Source: an uncultured Macromonas sp. (GTDB lineage Bacteria > Pseudomonadota > Gammaproteobacteria > Burkholderiales > Burkholderiaceae_C). Taken from it: a stretch of DNA of 64,000 nt. Under the pieces are notes generated by a model. The model saw only the letters and a list, made by a program, of their open reading frames with translations, ran no database searches and was not told the DNA's origin. The stretch lies in assembly GCA_964420415.1 (NCBI GenBank), contig CAYQTH010000001.1:5565-69564 (forward strand). The letters are read 5' to 3'. Positions 17,786 to 25,973 of the stretch are shown here, piece after piece. Numbering within the stretch: the stretch's first letter is position 1; each line of letters starts with the position of its first letter. The position numbers and the translations under genes were made by a program.

Positions 17786-18430
17786 ATGAGCACCGTTTCC
17801 AATGCCGACCGCACCCCTGGTGCGCCTGTGCGCAGCAAATACGAGCAGCGCCGCGAGGCGGTGTTGATGGCTGCTGCCGCCGTGTTCGCTGAAAAGGGCT
17901 TTCACGGCGCCAGCACCCAGGACATTGCCGACCGCCTGGGCATGAAACAGGCCAGCCTGTACTACTACTACCGCTCCAAGGAAGCCGCGCTTGAAGCGGT
18001 GTGTCTGTTCGGGATTGAGGAGTCGGTTGTGCGCCTGCGCCAGGTGGTCGAGGCCGATTTGCCTTTGGCCGAACAGATCCAGCGCATCATCCACAACCAC
18101 ATCTACAACTTGCAGACGCGCTGCGACTGCATGATTGTGTTTACCCAGCAGCGCCGCTATTTGCCAGAAGAGCGCCGCGCGGCCATCCGTCAGCAGGCGC
18201 GGGAATACGAAGCCTTGCTGCTGCACATGTTCGAGCGCGCAGCATCGCGGAGCGAAATGGCCCCCGAGGTTGACTGTCGCCTCATGGTGCGTGCGCTCAC
18301 GGGGCTGTGCAACTCGGTGGCCAGTTGGTTCCAGCAGTCGCCGGACAACGACATCGACCACATTGCCCGCCAATACGCCCGGCTGTTTTTTGCCGGTATC
18401 AAATCCGAAACCGAGGAGACACTCCCTTGA
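17786..18430 (+). CDS. TetR-family transcriptional regulator
   Basis: HTH RREAVLMAAAAVFAEKGFHGASTQDIADRLGMKQASLYYYYRSKEA. Confidence 0.9.
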   Translation: MSTVSNADRTPGAPVRSKYEQRREAVLMAAAAVFAEKGFHGASTQDIADRLGMKQASLYYYYRSKEAALEAVCLFGIEESVVRLRQVVEADLPLAEQIQRIIHNHIYNLQTRCDCMIVFTQQRRYLPEERRAAIRQQAREYEALLLHMFERAASRSEMAPEVDCRLMVRALTGLCNSVASWFQQSPDNDIDHIARQYARLFFAGIKSETEETLP

Positions 18431-19587
18431 CCCTCTCGACTGCCCCCCTGTTCCAGCCGCTCAAACTGCGCGGTGTGACACTCAAGAACCGCATCGTGAT
18501 GTCGCCCATGACACGCGGCTTCTCGCCCGACGGCATTCCCGGCGACAACGTGGCGGGTTACTACCGCCGCCGTGCCGAAGGCGAGACCGGCCTCATCATC
18601 ACCGAAGGCGTCGGGATTGACCATCCATCGGCATTGGGTGAAGCCGGTCTGGGCGAGAACAGCATCCCTGAATTGCATGGCGAAGCCGCCCTGGCGGGCT
18701 GGCGCCGCGTGGTGAGCGAGGTGCATGCGGCGGGCGGTGTGATTTTTCCGCAGCTGTGGCACATGGGCGTGATGAAAGAGCCCGGCACCGGGGCGTACCC
18801 GGACGCACCGCCCATGCGGCCGTCCGGGCTGTGGGGGCCGCAAGGGCAAATGACCTCCATCAACCCGGACTACATGGCGCGTGTGGCCGCACCGACCCCG
18901 CCCATGACCGATGCCGACATTGCCGACACCATTGCCGCTTATGCACGCAGCGCTGCCAATGCCAAAGCGGTGGGATTCGATGGCATCGCCATCCATGGCG
19001 CACACGGTTACCTGATCGACACCTTCTTCTGGTCGGGCACCAACCAGCGCACAGACCAATGGGGCGGTGCCCGCAAGCAGCGCACCCGTTTCGGCGTTGA
19101 GGTGGTCAAGGCGATCCGTGCCGCCATTGGCGAGGACATGCCGATCAGCTTCCGTTTTTCGCAGTGGAAACAGCAGGACTTTAAAGCCCGCTTGGCCGAA
19201 AACCCGGCCGAGCTGGAAGAGATTCTGACCCCGCTGGCCGATGCTGGTGTGGACATGTTCGAAAGCAGCACGCGCTACTACGGGCGCGCCGAATTTCCCG
19301 ACAGCGGTTCGTTGCTGAACCTGGCGGGCTGGGCGCAGAAGCTCACCGGCAAGTCGGCCATGACGGTGGGCGGCGTGGGCATCAACAAAGGCATGTACGA
19401 CACCAAGGCCGGCGAAAAGGCGGCCGTGACCAACCTTGACCCGCTGATGGAGCGCTTCAACCGGGGCGAATTTGACCTGGTGGGTGTGGGGCGCGCCATC
19501 CTGCACGACCCGCACTGGGCACGCAAGGTACGCGAAGGCGCTGCGCTGACCGAGTTCACCAACGATTCTTTGGAAGTGCTGACCTGA
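18427..19587 (+). CDS. NADH:flavin oxidoreductase (Old Yellow Enzyme family)
   Basis: LKNRIVMSPMTR and GFDGIAIHGAHGYLIDTF. I infer the start as TTG 18427, which overlaps the TetR stop (TTGA) and has GAGGAGA 8 nt upstream. The listed ATG 18307 lies inside the TetR gene. Confidence 0.85.
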   Translation: MTLSTAPLFQPLKLRGVTLKNRIVMSPMTRGFSPDGIPGDNVAGYYRRRAEGETGLIITEGVGIDHPSALGEAGLGENSIPELHGEAALAGWRRVVSEVHAAGGVIFPQLWHMGVMKEPGTGAYPDAPPMRPSGLWGPQGQMTSINPDYMARVAAPTPPMTDADIADTIAAYARSAANAKAVGFDGIAIHGAHGYLIDTFFWSGTNQRTDQWGGARKQRTRFGVEVVKAIRAAIGEDMPISFRFSQWKQQDFKARLAENPAELEEILTPLADAGVDMFESSTRYYGRAEFPDSGSLLNLAGWAQKLTGKSAMTVGGVGINKGMYDTKAGEKAAVTNLDPLMERFNRGEFDLVGVGRAILHDPHWARKVREGAALTEFTNDSLEVLT

Positions 19588-19630
19588 ATCGACAACCAAA
19601 AACATACCCTACGAGAGCAAAGGAGACAAC

Positions 19631-20365
19631 ATGACATTACAAAACGCCCCTGGAGCCACAGGGGCTGGCCCCTCATTGGCGGGCAAGGTGGCTTATGTGG
19701 CGGTATCGGGCCTCGGCTGGGGGCCAACCCTGGCGCGCGGGCTGGAAAACGCGGGTGCCAAAGTGGTGCTGATCACCGATGCTGAGGCCCAGGGTTTTAC
19801 CTCGCGCACAGCGGTGGAGGCGGCTTTTGCGGCAGCCGCTGCACAAGCCGGGCCCGCCGACCTGGTGGTGCATGCGGCGGCACCGGCGGCGCTGCGCCAG
19901 CCAGCTGCGCTGGCAGAGATGAGCGAGGCCGCTTTCCATGTGGCCGATGACGCACTGCGTGCCACGCTCTACACCTTCCAGGCGGCACATGGGCAAATGG
20001 CCACACGCGGCGGTGCCATTGCCGTTGTCGGCCCGGCCTTGTCGCTGGTGGGCGCGAAACTACTGGTGGCGTTGAGCACGGCCAGCGAAGGGCAGCGCAC
20101 GCTCGTCAAAAGCGCCGCGCGGCAATGGGGCAAGTTGGGTATCACGGTCAACTGGGTCGCTGTTGCCGACGAGCAATACGCTGCCGAGTTGATGAACCGG
20201 GGACCCGAGGTGCCTGAATTGGGACCGCCACCCTGTGCCTTGGGCCGAACGCCCGAACTGGCCACAGACATTGCACCCGTGCTGGCCTTCATGGGCAGCC
20301 AAGCCGGTCGCACCATCACCGGCGCTTCGATCAACCTCGACGGTGGGAACTGGATGACGCCATGA
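19631..20365 (+). CDS. SDR-fold protein lacking the catalytic Tyr/Lys and the canonical glycine motif (probable non-catalytic subunit)
   Basis: The fold and C-terminus are SDR-like (ITGASINLDGG). The TGxxxGxG position reads VAVSGLGWGPTLA. The YxxxK position reads LSTAS, so Tyr becomes Leu and Lys becomes Ser by my alignment. AAGGAGA RBS. Confidence 0.75.
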   Translation: MTLQNAPGATGAGPSLAGKVAYVAVSGLGWGPTLARGLENAGAKVVLITDAEAQGFTSRTAVEAAFAAAAAQAGPADLVVHAAAPAALRQPAALAEMSEAAFHVADDALRATLYTFQAAHGQMATRGGAIAVVGPALSLVGAKLLVALSTASEGQRTLVKSAARQWGKLGITVNWVAVADEQYAAELMNRGPEVPELGPPPCALGRTPELATDIAPVLAFMGSQAGRTITGASINLDGGNWMTP

Positions 20366-21138
20366 ACAAGCCATACAAGATTTTGGAAGGCCGCACGGCC
20401 CTCATCACGGGTGCCGGGCAGGGCATTGGCCTGGGTATTGCCGAAGCCATGGCGGCGGCGGGTGCCAATGTGGTGCTCGCGGTGCGGCGCCGGGAAGTGG
20501 GCGAGGCCGCACTGGAAAAAATCCGGGCCGAAGGGGGGCAGGGCCTGGTCGCGATTGCAGACGCGGCTTCCATGGAGCAGATGCAAGCGGCCGTGGACTT
20601 GACCGTGGCCACTTTTGGTGGGCTGGACATTGCCATCCACAACGCCAACAACCCGTCGTCGGCGCTGCCGATTGCGCTGGAAGCTGTGACAGACGAGGAT
20701 TGGCAGGCGCAGTCCAGCGTGGCCCATGGCGGCGCGTTTGTGCTGGCCAAGGCGGCCTACCCGCATTTGAAGAAAAGCGGGCACGGACGCTACATCCTGC
20801 TGGCGTCGGCTTTTGGTTTGCACGGCGCGGGCATGAACCCCATCTACTCTGCCCTCAAGGGGGCGGACCGGGGTTTTGTGAAGGCACTGGCACGCGAGTG
20901 GGGGCCGGACCTGATCAATGTGCTGGCCATTGTGCCTGCCGCTGCCACGCCGCCCACCGAAGTGTTCTTCAACCAGTTCCCCGAAATCCGCGACAAGTAC
21001 CTGGCCAATTTCCCGCTCGGCCGCATGGGGCGCCCGCGGGAAGACATCGGTGAGGGTGTGGTCGCTTTGTGCAGTGACCGTTACGGGTACATCAATGGCC
21101 AGACCGTGCCCATGGATGGCGGTTTGTTCACGGCTTGA
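20362..21138 (+). CDS. SDR (intact catalytic motifs), translationally coupled to 19631..20365
   Basis: ITGAGQGIGLGIA, NNA.. and YSALKGA (YxxxK). The ATG overlaps the upstream stop (ATGA). Confidence 0.9.
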   Translation: MNKPYKILEGRTALITGAGQGIGLGIAEAMAAAGANVVLAVRRREVGEAALEKIRAEGGQGLVAIADAASMEQMQAAVDLTVATFGGLDIAIHNANNPSSALPIALEAVTDEDWQAQSSVAHGGAFVLAKAAYPHLKKSGHGRYILLASAFGLHGAGMNPIYSALKGADRGFVKALAREWGPDLINVLAIVPAAATPPTEVFFNQFPEIRDKYLANFPLGRMGRPREDIGEGVVALCSDRYGYINGQTVPMDGGLFTA

Positions 21139-21152
21139 ACCAAAGGAAAACC

Positions 21153-22004
21153 ATGACTTCGACCCAAAAAGCAGGCCGTCTGGCCGGCAAAGTCGCCATC
21201 GTGACCGGGGCGGCATCGGGCATTGGCGCTGCCACCGCTGAAACCTTCGCCCGTGAGGGCGCCCAGGTGATCGTGGCGGACATCAACCTCAATGGCGCCG
21301 AGGCGCAGGCACAGAAGATCCGCGCGGCGGGTGGCGAAGCCCGCGCCTTGCGGGTGGACCTGGGTGACCCAGAGTCCGTCCGTGCCCTGATTGCCGACAC
21401 GGTGGCTGCCTACGGCGGGCTGGATGTGCTGCACAACAACGCTGCCGCCACCGAGCTGTCGAGCACCCGCGATGCGGGCGTGGAACAGATGGACATGGAC
21501 GTGTGGGACGCGCTCATGCGCATCAACCTGCGCGGCACCATGCTCGCCACCCAGTTCGCCATTCCCGAAATGCGCAAGCGTGGCAAGGGTTCCATCATCA
21601 ACACCTCGTCGGGCTCCAGCCTGGCGGGCATGTCGTCTGCCACAGCGTATGCGGTGGGCAAGTCCGGCGTCAACATGCTGACCAAGTACGTGGCGGTGCA
21701 GCATGGCAAGGAAGGCATACGCTGCAATGCCATTTCCCCAGGCTTGATCGTGACGCCTGCCACGGCCACTACGTTTGCGACTGCAGGCGGCCCCGGCGAC
21801 ATCATGCTGCGCCACCATCTCACGCCGCGTCTGGGGAAGCCGGAAGACATTGCCAACGCCGCGTTGTTCCTGGCTTCCGACGAGTCCGAGTTTGTGACGG
21901 GGCAGATCATTTCCGTAGACGGCGGGAGCAATGCCGTTCAACCTTTCAATGCCGACATGGTGGACTTCATGAAGCAGTTCACCAGCGGTGCAGGAGCACA
22001 TTGA
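21153..22004 (+). CDS. SDR
   Basis: LAGKVAIVTGAASGIGAATA, NNAA and YAVGKSG. The start was set at ATG 21153 (AAAGGA RBS) instead of the listed TTG 21135. Confidence 0.9.
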   Translation: MTSTQKAGRLAGKVAIVTGAASGIGAATAETFAREGAQVIVADINLNGAEAQAQKIRAAGGEARALRVDLGDPESVRALIADTVAAYGGLDVLHNNAAATELSSTRDAGVEQMDMDVWDALMRINLRGTMLATQFAIPEMRKRGKGSIINTSSGSSLAGMSSATAYAVGKSGVNMLTKYVAVQHGKEGIRCNAISPGLIVTPATATTFATAGGPGDIMLRHHLTPRLGKPEDIANAALFLASDESEFVTGQIISVDGGSNAVQPFNADMVDFMKQFTSGAGAH

Positions 22005-22576
22005 TGAGCAATACCGATTTGCTGGCCCGGCTCGACCGTGTCGAGTCCCAACTGGCCATCCAGCAGTTGCCTGCCCGCTATGCATTGGCAGTGGATTCCC
22101 GTGACCTGGACGCCCTGGTCAACCTGTTCGCGCCCAATGTGGACTGCGGCCGCTGGGGCAAGGGCCGTGAAGCGCTGAAAGCCTTCTACGACCCCACCTT
22201 GCGTGCGTTCTACCGGTGTCACCACCAGATCGTCGGCCACGTCATCAACCTCGATCCAAACGACCCGGACAAGGCGACTGGCACCACCTATTGCCGTGCC
22301 GAACACGAAGACGGTGACAAGTGGATCGTGATGGCGATTTGCTACTTTGACACCTACCAGCGCTACGATGGCCAATGGTGCTTCAATACCCGCGACGAAC
22401 GCCACTGGTATTCCAGCGACGCCCTCGACCGGCCGGGGCAGCCCCAGTTGCAAAACTGGGACAAATACACCAAGCCCAAATACCAGCCGCGCCTGCCGGA
22501 CACCTTCCCGCACTGGAAGGAATATTGGTCGCGCTCCAGCGCGGAGGAGTTGGCCGCATTGACGCGCCATCCTTGA
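22004..22576 (+). CDS. NTF2-like / SnoaL-like (SnoaL_4) domain protein
   Basis: N-terminus DLLARLDRVESQLAIQQLPARYALAVDSRDLDALVNLFAPN is typical of SnoaL_4. The ATG overlaps the SDR stop (TGATG). The listed ORF start 21503 lies inside the SDR gene. Confidence 0.75.
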   Translation: MSNTDLLARLDRVESQLAIQQLPARYALAVDSRDLDALVNLFAPNVDCGRWGKGREALKAFYDPTLRAFYRCHHQIVGHVINLDPNDPDKATGTTYCRAEHEDGDKWIVMAICYFDTYQRYDGQWCFNTRDERHWYSSDALDRPGQPQLQNWDKYTKPKYQPRLPDTFPHWKEYWSRSSAEELAALTRHP

Positions 22577-22616
22577 TGGCAGGCATCGATTCAGTCTGGG
22601 CGAAGGTTTCTGCCGC

Positions 22617-23009
22617 ATGCTGACGCTGGAAGACAAGCTCGCGATCCACGACCTCATCTCGCTCTACGGCCACGTCATAGACGAGCGGCAGTGGGAACGG
22701 GTGTCAGAGCTGTTCACAGCCGAGGCGCGCTACGACGTGAGCGACTTCGGCGCGGGCGTGCATGGCGGGGCCGACGCCATTGGCCGTCTGTGGCAGGACA
22801 CGCCCGACGCCGTGCACCCTTTGGCGCACCACGCCACCAACGTGCTGGTAACGGAGGACTCCGACGGCACCGTGCGTGTGGTTTCCAAAGGCATTGGTGT
22901 GCGCCACGACGGCCGTACCGGCAGCGTGGTGTACCGCGATGTGGTCGTGCGCAGCAGTGCGGGCTGGCGCATTGCCGAGCGCGTCGCTCTCAAGCGGCGG
23001 GTGGCTTAG
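22617..23009 (+). CDS. NTF2-like / SnoaL-like domain protein
   Basis: LEDKLAIHDLISLYGHVIDERQWERVSELFTAEARYD. 130 aa, compact alpha+beta barrel type. Confidence 0.72.
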   Translation: MLTLEDKLAIHDLISLYGHVIDERQWERVSELFTAEARYDVSDFGAGVHGGADAIGRLWQDTPDAVHPLAHHATNVLVTEDSDGTVRVVSKGIGVRHDGRTGSVVYRDVVVRSSAGWRIAERVALKRRVA

Positions 23010-23701
23010 GGCCTGGCCGGACGGCGGCGTTGCTTGGGCTCCTGCCGCAGCCACCCCTTCGTGGCCAGTGCCGCCAGCCGTTCAGCACGCGCACGCACAG
23101 CGGCTGGATCGGTCAGCGGCGGTGTGATCAGCATCCGTATCCCTCCGCCCGCCAGCGCCGTTAAGTCCCAGGCTGCCTCCACGGGGTCTTGTATATCAAA
23201 AATTCCCAGCTCAGCTTGTCGTCTCAGATAGTCGATGAGCGGTTCGAACAGAGCGTGCTCGAACAAGCTGTCTGTCAGTTCAGGGAAGCGGTGCGATTCG
23301 GCCACGAACAGCCGCGTTACAGCCAGATCGCGTGGCCGGACCGAGTCTTGGTAGATTTTCTCGATCAAGGCCACCAGCATGGCGTAGGGCTGTAGGTCGT
23401 CTTCCAGCAGGGCGCGCAAATTGGATTGCCGCCTTTCCATAAACCACTGGTGCACGGCGCGGAACAAGGCTTCCTTGTTGCCAAACATGCGGTACACCGT
23501 GGCCCGGCTGGCTTTGGCGCGTTTGGCCACGCCGTCGATGGTGGCCCCCTCAAAGCCATGTGCGAAAAATTCGTCCAGCGCGGCTTCCAGGCAGATGTCG
23601 CGCAACGCCGCAGCCGCTTGCTGCGTGGGCCTTCCAGGCACACGGGCTTGGACTTTTTTGGCCTTGGCGGCAGGGCGAACGGGCGTGGCTGACATGGCCA
23701 C
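23006..23701 (-). CDS. TetR-family transcriptional regulator (231 aa, paralog of 27038..27733)
   Basis: HTH ...LEAALDEFFAHGFEGATIDGVAKRAKASRATVYRMFGNKEALF. Divergent from P450 23795. Its 3' end overlaps the convergent 22617..23009 by 4 nt. Confidence 0.9.
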   Translation of the reverse strand: MAMSATPVRPAAKAKKVQARVPGRPTQQAAAALRDICLEAALDEFFAHGFEGATIDGVAKRAKASRATVYRMFGNKEALFRAVHQWFMERRQSNLRALLEDDLQPYAMLVALIEKIYQDSVRPRDLAVTRLFVAESHRFPELTDSLFEHALFEPLIDYLRRQAELGIFDIQDPVEAAWDLTALAGGGIRMLITPPLTDPAAVRARAERLAALATKGWLRQEPKQRRRPARP

Positions 23702-23732
23702 AGTTTAGCGGTTGCATGCTGACCATAAATAA

Positions 23733-23750
23733 CGATACACTGATGTATCG
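23733..23750. promoter_or_regulatory. palindrome CGATACA-CTGA-TGTATCG in the TetR/P450 divergent region (candidate operator)
   Basis: Perfect 7-bp arms with a 4-bp spacer. It shares the (A)TACA-N4-TGTA core with the elements upstream of the two tandem Rieske genes. Confidence 0.5.
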
Positions 23751-23794
23751 ATAAATCGAATGCGCCAACCCAACCATCACTTCTGGAGCCGTTC

Positions 23795-24997
23795 ATGGGC
23801 ACAACGTTAGACATTCCAAGCCACATCCCGCCGCACCTGGTGGTGGATTTCGACTACTACACCTTTGCCGGTGGCGCCGACGACCTGCATGTGGCCTGGC
23901 ACCAGTTGCACAGCGGCCCGGACATTTTCTGGACCCCGCGCAACGGCGGTCACTGGGTGGCCACACGGGCCGACGATATTGAGGCCATTTTCAAGAACCA
24001 CGAAGACTTCACCTCGTCGCGCGGGCAGTCCGTGCCCATTGAACAGCGGCCCTTCCGGTTCCCGCCTGTCGAGTTCGATCCGCCCCAACACACGGTTTAC
24101 CGCAATCTGCTGGCGCCCTTCTTCACCCCCAAAGCGGTGGGCGAGCTGGAGAAAAAAGCGCGCGCCTTGACCATCGGCCTTATTGAGTCTTTCAAGGCGA
24201 AGGGCCAGTGCGAGTTCTACGGCGACTTTGCGCTGCACATGCCCATCGGCATTTTCATGAGCCTGGTGGACCTGCCCGATGCGGACCGCACCCAGTTGCT
24301 GCAGTTGGCCGAGGTTGTGGTGCGGTCGTCCGACCGGCACGCCGTGGAAGCCGCCTTTGGCAAGACCTGGGCTTACCTGGGTCAGAAGGTGGCCGAGCGC
24401 TCAGCCAAACCCGGCAGTGACTTGATCAGCGCCTTGGTGCAAGCCAAGGTGGACGGCCGCAGCCTGACCACCGAAGAACTGCTCGGTTTTGGTTCGGTCG
24501 CGCTGTTTGGTGGCCTCGACACGGTCGCGTCGACATTGGGGTTTGTGACCCGTTTTCTGGCAGAACATCCGGCCCACCGGCAGCAGTTGATCGACTACCC
24601 AGCGTTGATACCCGCTGCGGTAGAAGAGTTTCTGCGCCGCTTCGCGGTGACCAACCTGGCCCGCTCCGTGGCACGGGACTTGGAATACAAAGGCATTGTG
24701 ATGAAAGATGGGGAGCCGGTCCTGATTCCTAGCGTGCTGGCCAACTTGGATGAACGCCGTTTCCCCGACCCTTTGACCGTTGACTTCAACCGCAAAGACG
24801 TGATCAAGCACATGACGTTTGGTGCGGGTGCCCACCGTTGTATAGGCTCCTTCCTGGCGCGCACCGAACTCAAGGTGTTCCTGGCCGAATGGCTCAAACA
24901 CATTCCGGAATTCACCATCACCCCAGGCAAGCAGCCTGTCGCTCGCTGTGGTCAAGTCATGGCCACCATTGAACTGCCGCTGTCCTGGAACGCCTGA
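23795..24997 (+). CDS. cytochrome P450, class I P450cam-like
   Basis: FGAGAHRCIGSFLAR heme loop, GGLDTVAS I-helix and N-terminus PSHIPPHLVVDFDYYT. GGAG RBS. Confidence 0.92.
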   Translation: MGTTLDIPSHIPPHLVVDFDYYTFAGGADDLHVAWHQLHSGPDIFWTPRNGGHWVATRADDIEAIFKNHEDFTSSRGQSVPIEQRPFRFPPVEFDPPQHTVYRNLLAPFFTPKAVGELEKKARALTIGLIESFKAKGQCEFYGDFALHMPIGIFMSLVDLPDADRTQLLQLAEVVVRSSDRHAVEAAFGKTWAYLGQKVAERSAKPGSDLISALVQAKVDGRSLTTEELLGFGSVALFGGLDTVASTLGFVTRFLAEHPAHRQQLIDYPALIPAAVEEFLRRFAVTNLARSVARDLEYKGIVMKDGEPVLIPSVLANLDERRFPDPLTVDFNRKDVIKHMTFGAGAHRCIGSFLARTELKVFLAEWLKHIPEFTITPGKQPVARCGQVMATIELPLSWNA

Positions 24998-25091
24998 CGC
25001 TATCCAGGCAAACCACTAGCAACCGGCACGGTGAGCGCCCTCATGATCGTGCCCTGTGCAAACAGACAAATTTATATCCAGGAGAACACAC

Positions 25092-25895
25092 ATGTCCCTC
25101 AACAGTCTTCAGTCCCTGCTCGACCTGTCGGGCAAAGTGGCCCTCATCACAGGTGGTGGCCAAGGCATTGGTGAAGCCATCTGCAAACGGCTGGCCGAAG
25201 CAGGCGCTGCCGTGGTGGTAACCGACATCAACGCAGCCAACGCACAGCGCACGGCGGCCAGCATCCAGGCCGCAGGCGGCAAGGCGTGCGCCGTACAGGC
25301 TGATGTGTCGGTCGTCGCCGACACACAGCGTTGCGTCGACGTGGCGGTGCAGACCTTCGGTCGACTCGATCTGCTGGTGAACAACGCTGCCTTGATCGGT
25401 CCATCCCCGGTGATGGATATTGACGAAAAGCTCTGGGACGCGGTCATCGACATCGATCTGAAAGGCGTGTTCTTCCAGGCCCAGGCCGCTGCACGGCAGA
25501 TGATCGCGCAAGGGCAGGGCGGCAAGATCGTCAACATCGCTTCTGTGGACGCCATTTTGCCGGTGGGAGGGCTCACGCCTTACGATGCCGCCAAGGGCGG
25601 GGTGGCCATGATGACCAAGTCGTTGGCCAAGGAGCTGGGTAAACATGGCATCACGGTCAATGCGGTCGCGCCCGGAGGCGTCAGCACGCCCGGTGCCAAC
25701 GAAGCATCGCCGACGATCATGGCGGTGCTCGGCATGACGGTGGAGGACATGTCCAACTCTCCTATCCGCTCGACCCTGGGTCGTTTCGCCCAGCCCGACG
25801 ACATTGCAAAGGTGGTGTACTTTCTGACCACAGGCCTGTCGGACTACATGACGGGCGCGTTCGTGACCGTGGACGGCGGATACCTGCTGATCTGA
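25092..25895 (+). CDS. SDR
   Basis: LSGKVALITGGGQGIGEAI, NNAA and YDAAKGG. The start was moved from the listed 25056 to ATG 25092, which has an AGGAGA RBS. Confidence 0.9.
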   Translation: MSLNSLQSLLDLSGKVALITGGGQGIGEAICKRLAEAGAAVVVTDINAANAQRTAASIQAAGGKACAVQADVSVVADTQRCVDVAVQTFGRLDLLVNNAALIGPSPVMDIDEKLWDAVIDIDLKGVFFQAQAAARQMIAQGQGGKIVNIASVDAILPVGGLTPYDAAKGGVAMMTKSLAKELGKHGITVNAVAPGGVSTPGANEASPTIMAVLGMTVEDMSNSPIRSTLGRFAQPDDIAKVVYFLTTGLSDYMTGAFVTVDGGYLLI

Positions 25896-25973
25896 AGGGT
25901 GTTACACACGGCAGTGGCCGCAACGGCCGCTGCGTTCAGTACCATGGCAAAACAAAAATTGGAGACAAAACGC

